Shown here: piece by piece, positions 43,151-52,358 of the stretch
Numbering within the stretch: position 1 is the first letter of the stretch
Layout of the letters: each line of letters starts with the position of its first letter
From: Candidatus Latescibacterota bacterium
Lineage (GTDB): Bacteria; Latescibacterota; CBDEFO01
Direction: 5' to 3'
DNA: 64,000 bases
Assembly: GCA_965237525.1 (NCBI GenBank)
Contig: CBDEFO010000003.1
Span: 128,001-192,000 of the forward strand
Position numbers and translations under genes: made by a program
Notes under the pieces: model-generated
Databases searched by the model: none
The model's input: only the letters and a program-made list of their open reading frames with translations
What the model was told of the DNA's origin: nothing

Positions 43151-43592
43151 TTATCTAAGTCCAGATTGCCAGTATTCCGCCTGAAATAACCTGAAATAAT
43201 AAGTAGAACTAAAATGTAATGTATTAATAAAGTAGGGTTTTACCGGTTTGTCTTCCCACAAAACGCTGGCCAGTAGAACTGGGCAGATGAATCCAATCCA
43301 AACCAAAAAACCCGCCTCTACTCCTTGAAGTGAAGAGGTTGCATGCGTATACGCAATAATGTTGGCTAGTACGTAACTCATTAATAATACTCCAATAAAC
43401 GCTGACACATAAGATTTGCCCATTCCCTTTGCTTTTTCTTTTTCCAGCTCCTCTTCACTCATGCCAATAAGTCTTACCCATGCATTTCCGAACAGAATTG
43501 GAGAGTACCATAATGCTCCTATTACGCTTGGTGTACATAGAAATAAGCGATACTATGAAAACTGCTGGAAGGTTAATTTCTGGTAGTGGCAT
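43151..43592 (-). pseudogene. DUF1761-family membrane protein, frameshifted
   Basis: MPLPEINLPAVFIVSLISM (ATG 43592), frameshift, then VIGALWYSPILFGNAW...MGKSY. The 3' end is disrupted, including a 10-nt tandem duplication CCTGAAATAA at 43180-43199. AT-rich. Confidence 0.75.
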
Positions 43593-43659
43593 CTTATTTT
43601 AGTGTGTTGGGTGCTGGACTTTAAGGAGCTTTCGGGATATAGGTCTCTACCCTGAATCT

Positions 43660-44355
43660 TTATTTGTTGGTCAGGACCGACTCACTCAGTTTGATTCCCG
43701 GACTCATTGTAGATGAAAGCGTAATAGACCTTACATACTGTCCTTTTGCCGCAGGAGGTCTTGCTCTCAGAATAGCGGTAAAAAGCGCCTTCGAGTTTTC
43801 CTTCAATTCTTCATCCTCAAACGATATTTTGCCCACAGGGACGTGGACATTCCCTGTGTTGTCCACCCTAAACTCTACTCGACCAGCTTTGGCCTCTTTC
43901 ACGGCCTTTCCTACTTCCTGGGTAACCGTACCGCTCTTAGGGTTCGGCATAAGTCCACGGGGACCCAATATCCTTCCGAGCTTTCCCACCTTACTCATCA
44001 TCGCGGGCACAGCTATAGCTAGATCGAAATCTGTCCATCCGCCTGATATTCTCTGGACTAACTCGTCTGCCCCTACGTAATCTGCTCCAGACTCTTTGGC
44101 TTCCTCAGCCAATTCACCCTCAGCAAATACCAAAACTACTGTCTGTCTTCCCGTACCGTGAGGTAACACCAGCGTTTCCCTTACTATTTGATCGGCATGC
44201 CTTGGATCTACTCCCAGCCGCATAGAAACTTCCACGGTCTCATCAAACTTGCTCTTATGCATTCCCTTTAATAGTTTCAATCCCTCCTCTAGGCCGTAAC
44301 GGTCTTTCCGGTCGAAAGTCGAAACGTTTTCTTTATATTTTTTGCCCCTGAACAT
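43660..44355 (-). CDS. rplA: 50S ribosomal protein L1
   Basis: ATG 44355; [27 protein letters not shown]. Confidence 0.98.
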   Translation of the reverse strand: MFRGKKYKENVSTFDRKDRYGLEEGLKLLKGMHKSKFDETVEVSMRLGVDPRHADQIVRETLVLPHGTGRQTVVLVFAEGELAEEAKESGADYVGADELVQRISGGWTDFDLAIAVPAMMSKVGKLGRILGPRGLMPNPKSGTVTQEVGKAVKEAKAGRVEFRVDNTGNVHVPVGKISFEDEELKENSKALFTAILRARPPAAKGQYVRSITLSSTMSPGIKLSESVLTNK

Positions 44356-44422
44356 ACGAAGTTCCTCATTTATTGTGAGAGCATAAGCTCTTGCAACCAT
44401 ACCTCAAAGTTTTGCTGCAGCT

Positions 44423-44851
44423 CTATTCTCCCTCAACCGTAATCCCCATATTCTTTGCAGTTCCGATGACTATTTTCATAGCAGCATCAATACTTGTAGC
44501 ATTTAGATCGGGTATCTTGACTTCTGCTATTTCCCTTATTTGATCGATCGTTATAGTTCCCACCTTTTGCCTATTTGGCTCAGGTGATCCTTTTTCGATA
44601 TTCAAAGTCTTTTTCAGAAGGAACGACACAGGAGGTTTCTTAGTTACAAACGAAAAGGATCGGTCGGCATAGATCGTAATCTCCACGGGAATAAGGAGTC
44701 CAGCATCGCTCTGGGTCCTTGCGTTAAACTCCTTGCAAAACTCCATCATATTCACGCCGTGAGGCCCCAAAGCCGGAGCTATAGGAGGTTCTGGCTTTGC
44801 GCTCCCCCCTGAAATTTGAAGTTTGACTGTTGCAATAACTTTCTTAGCCAA
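44423..44851 (-). CDS. rplK: 50S ribosomal protein L11
   Basis: [22 protein letters not shown]. Confidence 0.97.
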   Translation of the reverse strand: MAKKVIATVKLQISGGSAKPEPPIAPALGPHGVNMMEFCKEFNARTQSDAGLLIPVEITIYADRSFSFVTKKPPVSFLLKKTLNIEKGSPEPNRQKVGTITIDQIREIAEVKIPDLNATSIDAAMKIVIGTAKNMGITVEGE

Positions 44852-44869
44852 TTTGAAGGCCCTCTCCGG

Positions 44870-45418
44870 TTACTTTTGCTCTTCTTCTGGCATACTTTCC
44901 ACCTGGAGGATGTCTAACTCTACAGGTGTCTGTCTTCCGAAGATGCTCACCATCACCTTGATCTTGTTCTTTTCAAGATTCATCTCCCGAACAATCCCGA
45001 AAAAGTCATTAAACGGCCCGTCGATCACCTTGACTCTGTCGTCTAACAAATACGGGACGTCAGGACCCTCCTTGGACTTACCTCTATCTATCTGTCCTAG
45101 GATCCTGTCCACCTCACTGCTCCTCAATGGCTCGGGGTTTTTCCCGGAGCCCACAAAGCTTGTGACCCCCGGTACGTTTGTCACCAAGTACCAGGTGTCC
45201 CTATCTATTTCCATTTCCACAAGTACATAACTCGGAAGAAACTTCTTGGTCAAAGTCATTCTCCGTCCATCCTTTATCTCCATCACTTCCTCAGTAGGAA
45301 CTACTACTCTGCCTATCCTCTCTTCAAGCTCTGAAATGGCAATAGCGTTCTCCAGATAGTTTTTCACCTTATTTTCGTGTCCAGAATAAGTATGGATAAC
45401 GTACCACTTTTTTGCCAT
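44870..45418 (-). CDS. nusG: transcription factor NusG
   Basis: WYVIHTYSG.ENKV, GVTSFVG, IFGRQTPVEL. Confidence 0.98.
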   Translation of the reverse strand: MAKKWYVIHTYSGHENKVKNYLENAIAISELEERIGRVVVPTEEVMEIKDGRRMTLTKKFLPSYVLVEMEIDRDTWYLVTNVPGVTSFVGSGKNPEPLRSSEVDRILGQIDRGKSKEGPDVPYLLDDRVKVIDGPFNDFFGIVREMNLEKNKIKVMVSIFGRQTPVELDILQVESMPEEEQK

Positions 45419-45431
45419 TATTAAGGTATCC

Positions 45432-45614
45432 CTACTTGACCAGTTTCATAATAGAGACTAATATGAAATCCACCAGCACAATAAACACTGCAAACGCTAA
45501 GCTTGTAACTATCACGACGCCAGTAGAGCTTGTCAATTCCTCCCTTGTTGGCCAGGTCACCTTGCTCATTTCGCTTTTGACCTCTTTTAGAAACTGTGTG
45601 GCCTTTTTGAACAT
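45432..45614 (-). CDS. secE: preprotein translocase SecE
   Basis: EMSKVTWPT plus one TM; between tRNA-Trp and nusG. Confidence 0.95.
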   Translation of the reverse strand: MFKKATQFLKEVKSEMSKVTWPTREELTSSTGVVIVTSLAFAVFIVLVDFILVSIMKLVK

Positions 45615-45646
45615 CTTTGCCTTTTTCGTTACTACGTATTAGAAAT

Positions 45647-45724
45647 TGGCAGGCCAGGGGGGACTCGAACCCCCAACCATCGGATTTGGAGTCCGGCGCT
45701 CTAGCCAATTAGAGCTACTGGCCT
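45647..45724 (-). tRNA. tRNA-Trp (CCA)
   Basis: AGGCCAGTAGCTC...CT-CCA-AA...GGTTCGAGTCC...GGCCTGCCA. Confidence 0.96.
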
Positions 45725-45731
45725 TCAAAGT

Positions 45732-45884
45732 CTATCTAGTCTCCTTATGGACTGTGTGGGTCCTGCAGAGTGGACAAAACTTCTTATATTCTACCCTGTC
45801 GGGATGAAGTCTTCTGTTTTTGGTCGTCCTGTAGTTTCGCCTGTTGCAGACTCCGCACACTAAAATTATCAAATCTCTTGGCAT
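45732..45884 (-). CDS. rpmG: 50S ribosomal protein L33 (Zn-binding type)
   Basis: Manual translation [50 protein letters not shown]; below the ORF-track cutoff. Confidence 0.96.
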   Translation of the reverse strand: MPRDLIILVCGVCNRRNYRTTKNRRLHPDRVEYKKFCPLCRTHTVHKETR

Positions 45885-46005
45885 ATATAGATTCCGAATA
45901 ACATCTGATTCAAGATAGGCATAGCGTCAAAGGCCGCCTGCGAGGGCACAAAGGGCAGGTTTGTATACTTAAAGGAGACTACTTACGATTCCCAAAGATT
46001 CAAAA

Positions 46006-46081
46006 TGGAGCCGACGACCGGAATCGAACCGGTGACCTCATCTCTACCAAAGATGTGCTCTACCTACTGAGCTACGTCGGC
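46006..46081 (-). tRNA. tRNA-Thr (GGT)
   Basis: GCCGACGTAGCTCAG...CATCT-TTGGTAG-AGATG...GGTTCGATTCC...CGGCTCCA. Confidence 0.95.
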
Positions 46082-46260
46082 CCTATTATCAAAGCAGAGA
46101 TGTTACTGTCACACCCAGATAGAACAAGATGGAGTATCTTTCTATCCGATCTACAACCTTCTTAAAGGAGAATGCCGAGCCTTTGGACCATTCGGCTATA
46201 GAAAAAGGGAAAAACATAACCCGCAACATTTAAAAGCCATCACGGGTTTGTATATTTTAG

Positions 46261-46336
46261 TGGAGCGGGAAACGGGATTCGAACCCGCGACCACCGGCTT
46301 GGAAGGCCGGAGCTCTACCATCTGAGCTATTCCCGC
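46261..46336 (-). tRNA. tRNA-Gly (TCC)
   Basis: GCGGGAATAGCTCAG...CT-TCC-AA...GGTTCGAATCC...CCGCTCCA; first 15 nt duplicated at 46337-46351. Confidence 0.96.
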
Positions 46337-46403
46337 CTGAGCTATTCCCGCGTATCACAGCTACCTCATAGCCTCAACTTACGCAGGCATGTCCAGACTT
46401 AAT

Positions 46404-46432
46404 AATATAAGTGGATTTGAATCCTATGTCAA
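46404..46432 (-). promoter_or_regulatory. sigma70-type promoter upstream of tRNA-Gly
   Basis: TTGACA-N17-TATATT. Confidence 0.7.
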
Positions 46433-46525
46433 GAAATTTTTGTATATTTTTTCTTTTTGAATCCCCGAAAAGATCGACTCCCGATCTGTTGGGAAAATAG
46501 GGAGTCTTTGGTCTATTTAATAGTA

Positions 46526-46610
46526 TGGTGGGGAGGGAAGGATTCGAACCTTCGAAGGCAACGCCGACAGATTTACAGTCTGTTCCCTTTGACCACTTGG
46601 GTACCCCCCC
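46526..46610 (-). tRNA. tRNA-Tyr (GTA)
   Basis: GGGGGGGTACCCAAGTGG...CT-GTA-AA...GGTTCGAATCC...CCCCACCA; long variable arm. Confidence 0.96.
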
Positions 46611-46691
46611 AAAGATAGGTGATAACTATCGAGAATAAGAGTGCTATCCCCTATGGAACGGGCTTGTCCAATTGAGGAAGGCTTGCCTGGA

Positions 46692-46720
46692 AACATAGAA
46701 AATATTTAATGAAAAGTCAA
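46692..46720 (-). promoter_or_regulatory. sigma70-type promoter upstream of tRNA-Tyr
   Basis: TTGACT-N17-TATGTT (coordinates approximate). Confidence 0.55.
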
Positions 46721-46817
46721 GGGAAATCTCGCCGTGGGGTTTACCCTGGACCCCTCAGAAGTGTTTATTATGTTGAGCAAGGCGCTTTGGCTGCCCGGAG
46801 CGTAAAGGGACAGAGTC

Positions 46818-47567
46818 TTAATCCCTAGCCAGAAGTCCCAGAGCCTCCCGTTGTATCTGTGTCAGCTCCTCAATGCCCTTTCTGGCAAGGGCTATCATCT
46901 TGTTCATTTGATCCTCTGAGAACGTCCCACCTTCGGCGGTTCCCTGTACCTCTACAAATTTTCCCGATCCAGTCATGACAACGTTCATGTCAACTTGGGC
47001 CGAAGAATCCTCCTCGTAACAGAGATCTAGAGCCGGAACTCCCCCGACTATTCCCACGCTTACCGCCGCCACCGAGTCAGTTGTAGGATCCTTTTCTATT
47101 ATCTCCTGCTCCAACATTGCCCAGATGGCCTCCTTTAGGGCCACATAAGCTCCCGTTATGGCGGCCGTCCTTGTGCCGCCGTCAGCCTGTATGACGTCGC
47201 AGTCTATATCGATAGTCCTTTCTCCTATCTGATTCAGATCGATAATGGACCTTAGAGATCTTCCGATGAGCCGCTGTATTTCAAAGGTTCTGCCCCTGAC
47301 CCTTCCCGAAATCGATTCCCTGGAGTTTCTGGTTTTGGTAGCACGCGGCAACATGCCGTATTCTGAGGTAAGCCAGCCCTTTCCTGTATTATAAAGGAAC
47401 GGTGGAACGCGGTCTTCCAGGCTGACAGAACAGATAATCTTTGTATTTCCCATCTGTATCAGAACCGATCCCTCTGCATGCATGAGATAGCTTCTTGTAA
47501 TCTGAACAGGCCTCAGCCGGTCGGGTCGTTTTCCAGCCGTCCGTGCAGAGCCTCCATCAAAAGTCAA
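46818..47567 (-). CDS. rph: ribonuclease PH
   Basis: [42 protein letters not shown]. Confidence 0.97.
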   Translation of the reverse strand: MTFDGGSARTAGKRPDRLRPVQITRSYLMHAEGSVLIQMGNTKIICSVSLEDRVPPFLYNTGKGWLTSEYGMLPRATKTRNSRESISGRVRGRTFEIQRLIGRSLRSIIDLNQIGERTIDIDCDVIQADGGTRTAAITGAYVALKEAIWAMLEQEIIEKDPTTDSVAAVSVGIVGGVPALDLCYEEDSSAQVDMNVVMTGSGKFVEVQGTAEGGTFSEDQMNKMIALARKGIEELTQIQREALGLLARD

Positions 47568-48379
47568 TTCGTCCCCCCTATCTCAAAAGATCTTTCCAGT
47601 TTGAGGCGATAATCGGGCGATTTTACGTTAACGATGTGACACATCTCCGCAAAGCGGGAATATATTCTGCCTCCCGCCAAAGATTTCACCTCGTCCAGGT
47701 TCAGGTTAGTCGTAACCGCAGTCAACCTCTCCTGCCCGTATCTGGTATCCACAAGGTCGTAAAGCATCTCTTTTTCCCAATCTGTATTGCGTTGGACACC
47801 GAAGTCGTCTATAACAAGGAAGGAAACTTTACTTACGTACTCTACTATTTCGAAAGCGCGTCCGTAATCATCACTCCCACGGTTGAAGGTGTCCCTAAGC
47901 TTTTGGAAATAACTAGAGGATAGGTTAAGATATCTCCCCTGTCTTTGGCAGTGGAGCATAAGCTCATTCAATAAGATGCATCCTGCCATCGTCTTCCCAT
48001 TCCCAGTGTTTCCCCATAAAAAAAGTCCCCTATATGGAGCGCCACTTTCGCACTTTTCGACTATGTTGCTTATAAGACCTTTCAATTGAGGGACTCCCCT
48101 AATTTCAGCACCCGTGGGGTCCTTTTCTTTATAGTCTTTCAGAAACTTGAACTTAAATCTTTCGGGGATTGCCGATTTTGCAAATATTCGCTCCACCTTG
48201 TCTATCTTGTTACGATACTCCCGGCACTGGCAGAATCTACCCTGATCGCCTTCAAAATACTGGTAGGGGCTTTCTCCGCTGCACGTACAGATAACATTGC
48301 TGCAATCGCAGATGTCGAATATCCCACCTTTTTTTCCACTGCGGTAGTAGATTCCAATGCCATCGCATTTTTTACACAT
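47564..48379 (-). CDS. DnaC/DnaI/IstB-like AAA+ ATPase with Cys-rich N-terminus
   Basis: CxxC, CxC x3; [18 protein letters not shown] (Walker A); LVIDDFG (Walker B); VTTNL; RIYSR. Confidence 0.85.
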   Translation of the reverse strand: MCKKCDGIGIYYRSGKKGGIFDICDCSNVICTCSGESPYQYFEGDQGRFCQCREYRNKIDKVERIFAKSAIPERFKFKFLKDYKEKDPTGAEIRGVPQLKGLISNIVEKCESGAPYRGLFLWGNTGNGKTMAGCILLNELMLHCQRQGRYLNLSSSYFQKLRDTFNRGSDDYGRAFEIVEYVSKVSFLVIDDFGVQRNTDWEKEMLYDLVDTRYGQERLTAVTTNLNLDEVKSLAGGRIYSRFAEMCHIVNVKSPDYRLKLERSFEIGGTN

Positions 48380-48464
48380 CTTCAGGCTCCAGACAATTCT
48401 TGCGGAGCATCAAAAGCTCACCTTCGACGACGTACAGGTCGCAAGGACTAGAACAAGGCCGGGC

Positions 48465-49979
48465 TTAACCTTCACTCAGTTCAGATTCGTGCTTGATCTT
48501 AAATTTCTTGACTGCCTCATAGATAGCCCTTGCTAGCTTCTGGCGGAACGAGGTCCTTTTTAAGAGCTTTTCCTCTGTGGGATTGGATAAGAACGCTGTC
48601 TCGACCATCACGCTGGGCATATTTGCAAGTGTTCCCTTCATCACATAGAAGCCCGCCTGTTTAACCCCCCTGTTCTTCAGGTTTGGGATTTTACTCATCT
48701 CGTCCTGTATCAAAGCTGCAAGGTCCTGGCTTTCTTTCAGGAAATTGCCGGACGCCATATCTAAAAGGACCTCGTACTGTATATCCCTCAACACGAAGTC
48801 CTGGGGATCTACGGAGGCTATCCCGGGGACTCCCGTGTCAAAAGCTAAAACTGAATTTTCCTTCTGGGCGACCTGTTTTGCATCCTCCGTCTCAGCCTCA
48901 GATAGAAAATACGTCTCCGACCCTTCGACTCTCCTCGACTTATTCGAATTGCAGTGGATACTTATGAAGACCTTGCCTCTGTCCTTTGTGGCTATCCGAG
49001 AGCGCTCCGTAAGGGGGACATAAACATCCGATAACCTGGTCATCACCGTTTTAACGGTGAGACGCTCTTTCAACAACTTACGTAGCCTTTTTGCGACGTC
49101 CAACGTGACGTCCTTCTCCTTAAGTCCTGTCGGCCCTATCGAACCTGCGTCTTTGCCTCCGTGTCCCGGATCTATAATTACGGTATTTATAGACCACGTC
49201 TCCTGGTCAATCTCTATCTCCTGAGCCCTCCTTAATGACAGGACGATCTGTCTGGGACTGTCCCTCGTGGTGATGTCGTAGTTGCTTATGTCTTTATCAA
49301 GGCGAAACGAAATTTGAGCTGAGCCTTTATTTTGTAGAGCCCGTATCTCTCTAACTGCGCCTTTTTTGGGAGTTCTCGCTATCTTGTCAGGGTCAAGGTT
49401 CCCCCCAGAGACCGTTAGGTGCAGCCACTTAAGTTTACTGGTGTAGTCCTCTATCTCTTCTAACTTAAAATCTTTTTCGGTATATATAAAGACAATCGTC
49501 CCGTTGGTTCTTTCCTCTATCCTTAAAGCGGAGATGTTGGCCACAGATGTCTCAACCATAAGGGTTTTGAACTTATCCTGCCATCGGAGCTTCCCGGGAA
49601 CAGTCTTGCTCAGAAAATGAACAAAGGTTTTGGCTGGAACATAAACAGAACCCTGATGGAGAAGGGAGGGAAGAGATAGGTTGAAGCTGTTGTCGTCTAC
49701 GATGATCAGAGGACTGAACGCTGTAAGGGTGATACGGCTATCGCCCATTCTAAGGACCATCTTTTTGGTCAGAGGATTCCAGTAGGGCAACTGCAGACCG
49801 TCGAATTGACGCCCCAGCGATATAGCTGATATGTAGGTCACCTCGTCAATCGTCACGATGTCTAGCTTTCCCTCTTGGCTCCCGTCAGTATAGATGACCT
49901 TAGCTTCTTCAGCTAGCGCATCTGTCCAGAATATCGCAAAAACAAAAATAAGAGCGGCAAACGAAATGATCCTTAGCAT
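48465..49979 (-). CDS. N-acetylmuramoyl-L-alanine amidase (Amidase_3) with N-terminal accessory domains
   Basis: signal peptide; IDPGHGGKD, KEKD, FISIHCN, MPSVMVETAFLSN. Confidence 0.93.
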   Translation of the reverse strand: MLRIISFAALIFVFAIFWTDALAEEAKVIYTDGSQEGKLDIVTIDEVTYISAISLGRQFDGLQLPYWNPLTKKMVLRMGDSRITLTAFSPLIIVDDNSFNLSLPSLLHQGSVYVPAKTFVHFLSKTVPGKLRWQDKFKTLMVETSVANISALRIEERTNGTIVFIYTEKDFKLEEIEDYTSKLKWLHLTVSGGNLDPDKIARTPKKGAVREIRALQNKGSAQISFRLDKDISNYDITTRDSPRQIVLSLRRAQEIEIDQETWSINTVIIDPGHGGKDAGSIGPTGLKEKDVTLDVAKRLRKLLKERLTVKTVMTRLSDVYVPLTERSRIATKDRGKVFISIHCNSNKSRRVEGSETYFLSEAETEDAKQVAQKENSVLAFDTGVPGIASVDPQDFVLRDIQYEVLLDMASGNFLKESQDLAALIQDEMSKIPNLKNRGVKQAGFYVMKGTLANMPSVMVETAFLSNPTEEKLLKRTSFRQKLARAIYEAVKKFKIKHESELSEG

Positions 49980-50004
49980 AACACTCTCAAATCCCCCAAT
50001 GATA

Positions 50005-50192
50005 AGTGGACAGCATACAGGGATGGTAGATAGTCCAAGTGAGATAGCAATGACGGTTTATTTGCTGCTGAGACCTTCTGTCATTGCCAGCGGTGAAACC
50101 CCGACCCCGAAGGAGCCCCCGATAGATTCAATCGGGGGGAAGCGGAACCAATCTCAAGGGAGGGAAGAGCGGTGCCCCTGTCTACTTGCTGT
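50005..50192. repeat. nested repeat cluster (families A, C, D) extending into the smpB 3' end
   Basis: AGTGGAC AGCATAC AGGG; GAGATAGCAATGAC; GTCATTGCCAGCG...[CCCCCGATAGATTCAATCGGGGG 50116-50138]...CCAATCTC; GGGAGGGAAGAGCGGTGCCCCTGTCTACT. Confidence 0.75.
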
Positions 50193-50627
50193 GAGGCCCC
50201 TTTCAATCTCCATCTGCGCTGCTTTTCTAGCCATATCCTCGCGCTTGTCGAACACCCTTTTGCCCTTTGCCAGTGCAAGCTCGACCTTAGCTTTTCCTGA
50301 GCTGTTGAAATATACCTTCAGCGGGACAAGCGTTAGCCCGCGCTCTTGGACCCTTCCGATGAGCTTCTTTATTTCGTATTTGTGCAGCAACAATTTTCTG
50401 ACCCTTTCAGGATCGTGGTTGTGCACTCCGCCCTGTTCGTATGCGCTTATGTGCATATTGTAAAGCTGTGCCTGGCCCTTTTCGACCCTTGCATAGCTGT
50501 CCTTTAAGTTGGCTTTCCCCTGTCTTAAGGATTTTACCTCAGTGCCTTTTAGTTCTATTCCGGCTTCAATTGCGTCGAGTATAAGGTATTCGTGCCGAGC
50601 GCGCCGGTTTTGTGTTATGATCTTCAC
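50154..50627 (-). CDS. smpB: SsrA-binding protein SmpB
   Basis: NRRARHEY, EAGIELKGTEVKSLR, RKLLLHK.EI, KGK..FDKRE. Confidence 0.97.
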   Translation of the reverse strand: MKIITQNRRARHEYLILDAIEAGIELKGTEVKSLRQGKANLKDSYARVEKGQAQLYNMHISAYEQGGVHNHDPERVRKLLLHKYEIKKLIGRVQERGLTLVPLKVYFNSSGKAKVELALAKGKRVFDKREDMARKAAQMEIERGLTASRQGHRSSLP

Positions 50628-50839
50628 CTTCTAAATATATCCTTCACAGCTTCCACCAACGTATCGAGTTCTCTTTCCAGCGTAAAGAACCCCACAGATC
50701 CGTCGTAATTTAAGTCGGATATAGCCGCAAAGACATTCTTGTAGTTTATGTCTCCCGTTCCTGGCTAGTGTCTTCCGGGGACGTCGGCAGCGTGGAAGTG
50801 TCCTATCCTACTGATATTTTCTCGTATCGTGGATATTAG

Positions 50840-52358
50840 AAGCCTTGTGAAATAGTTATGTCCCAGGCAGCGTCTGAAGCGCCGATTATGGGTCAAAGAG
50901 TAGCATATCGTATCGTTTTGCTGTGGAATAAGCAAAATAGTCTTATCAGAGTTCTGGTCAGCAAGGAACAGGAGCTGTTTGAAGAACAGGATGCACTGTC
51001 TTTGACAGACAGGGCACACATAGACGCTTTCCCCCTTCTTATGAAAGATACAAGCCTCTTGAGATTCTGTACTGTTGCAACAAGATTCAACTGTTCATTC
51101 AGTGAGGCTGGTCCTCTGTAACGGGCTCGTCCCATACCGTGTTGTTGCCTGGCTTCAGCAAAGATATGTTCACTGCGTTTACGGAGTCTCCGGGAGAGTT
51201 TGTAGTCAGCTGTTAATGAGATAGACCGTGCATGATTTCTGGCTTTCGCCTCTCGCACTTTTCTATCCCGTTCGGCCTGAATATGTGCTGGATTTGTCTT
51301 GTTTTTCCATGTAGGAATCGGTCCAATCTTCTCATCGGCTCGCAGAGGAATATGGGGTATGATTCCCCGGTCAAGTACATCAGCGATAAAATTACCAGAA
51401 CCGTAACCGGTATCGGCACTAAGTGTCTGAATGTCTTTGGGCATGGTCTATGTTTCAAGGTCATCTACCATCTTAAGGGCACTTTCGGGCTCTGCTGTCC
51501 CTGTCGCCTGCGTGCCCTGAGTCTCAAGGATTACTCTGCTTTTTGTGTCGATCAGATCATGGCCCATAAACGAGAGAAAAGCCCCTTTGCCCTTCGATTT
51601 GCTGTATAAGCGCGCGTCGGGGTCTGTAGTCGAACGGTGTGTTTGGTTCGTCCACTTTTCACCATGAAAGTCTTTATCCTGAGGATGCCCGGACCTACCC
51701 TTTGTCTTATCACCTTCAAAACCGATTCCCTTGAGATAATCATCAAGAGAAACAGGGGGTTCTATCGGCTCAATACTTTTCACTGAAGCATCAGCTTGTA
51801 TCTGAGTGCCGTCGACACTAAGGTGTTTACCGCTCACAACACCGACATCTATGCAACACTGGACTACCTGACGCATTATCCGTTCAAACAACCCACTGGA
51901 TGCCCACTTGTGATTGCGAAGCTTGTTGATCGTGCTCCTATCCGGAACCGCATCATCAAATGTCTGATGACAAAACAACCGATATGCCGCATGCATCCCC
52001 ACTTCCTGACAGAGCCGATTCTCACTCAAATTATACAGATAGCCAATAAGGATCATTCGAACAACTAATTCAGGATCAATACCGGGTCTGCCATTGTCAG
52101 GGCAATAACAATCTGATACAACGTCTCGTACAAATGAAAAATCAACTGCCTCATCAATCTGACGAAGGATATGATCCTCGGGAACTAAATCCTCCATCTG
52201 AAAATAGTGAAACATCGGATTTGTCTGTTCCTGCTTTTGTGGGGTCATTGTTTCCTCCATATATAATATTATCAATAACATAATATAATACATCGGAGCT
52301 GCTTTATCAATGCTTGTTCTATACTACTTTCTGAATCTAAGGGTTTTTCACAAGGCTT
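50840..52358 (-). mobile_element. IS1182-family insertion sequence, 1519 bp
   Basis: 13-bp perfect TIRs AAGCCTTGTGAAA at both ends; 4-bp TSD TTAG at 50836-50839 and 52359-52362; removing it restores the host reading frame locally. Confidence 0.92.
50893..52248 (-). pseudogene. IS1182-family DDE transposase with one in-frame amber stop
   Basis: LVPEDHILR, GRPGIDP, VDGTQI.ADAS, TTDPDAR, ADTGYG, EHIFAEAR. The two track ORFs share a frame, separated by TAG 51448-51450 + ACC. Confidence 0.88.

Noticed and set aside
45421..45708. 95-aa ORF overlapping secE and tRNA-Trp
   Set aside because: Translation of tRNA sequence and an alternative frame of secE.
50765..51450. In-frame TAG codons in the hyi remnant and the transposase as amber recoding (pyrrolysine or code change)
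   Set aside because: TAG terminates many intact core genes here (rpsD, secY, fusA, rpoB, rpmG), and both genes lie in a decayed region.
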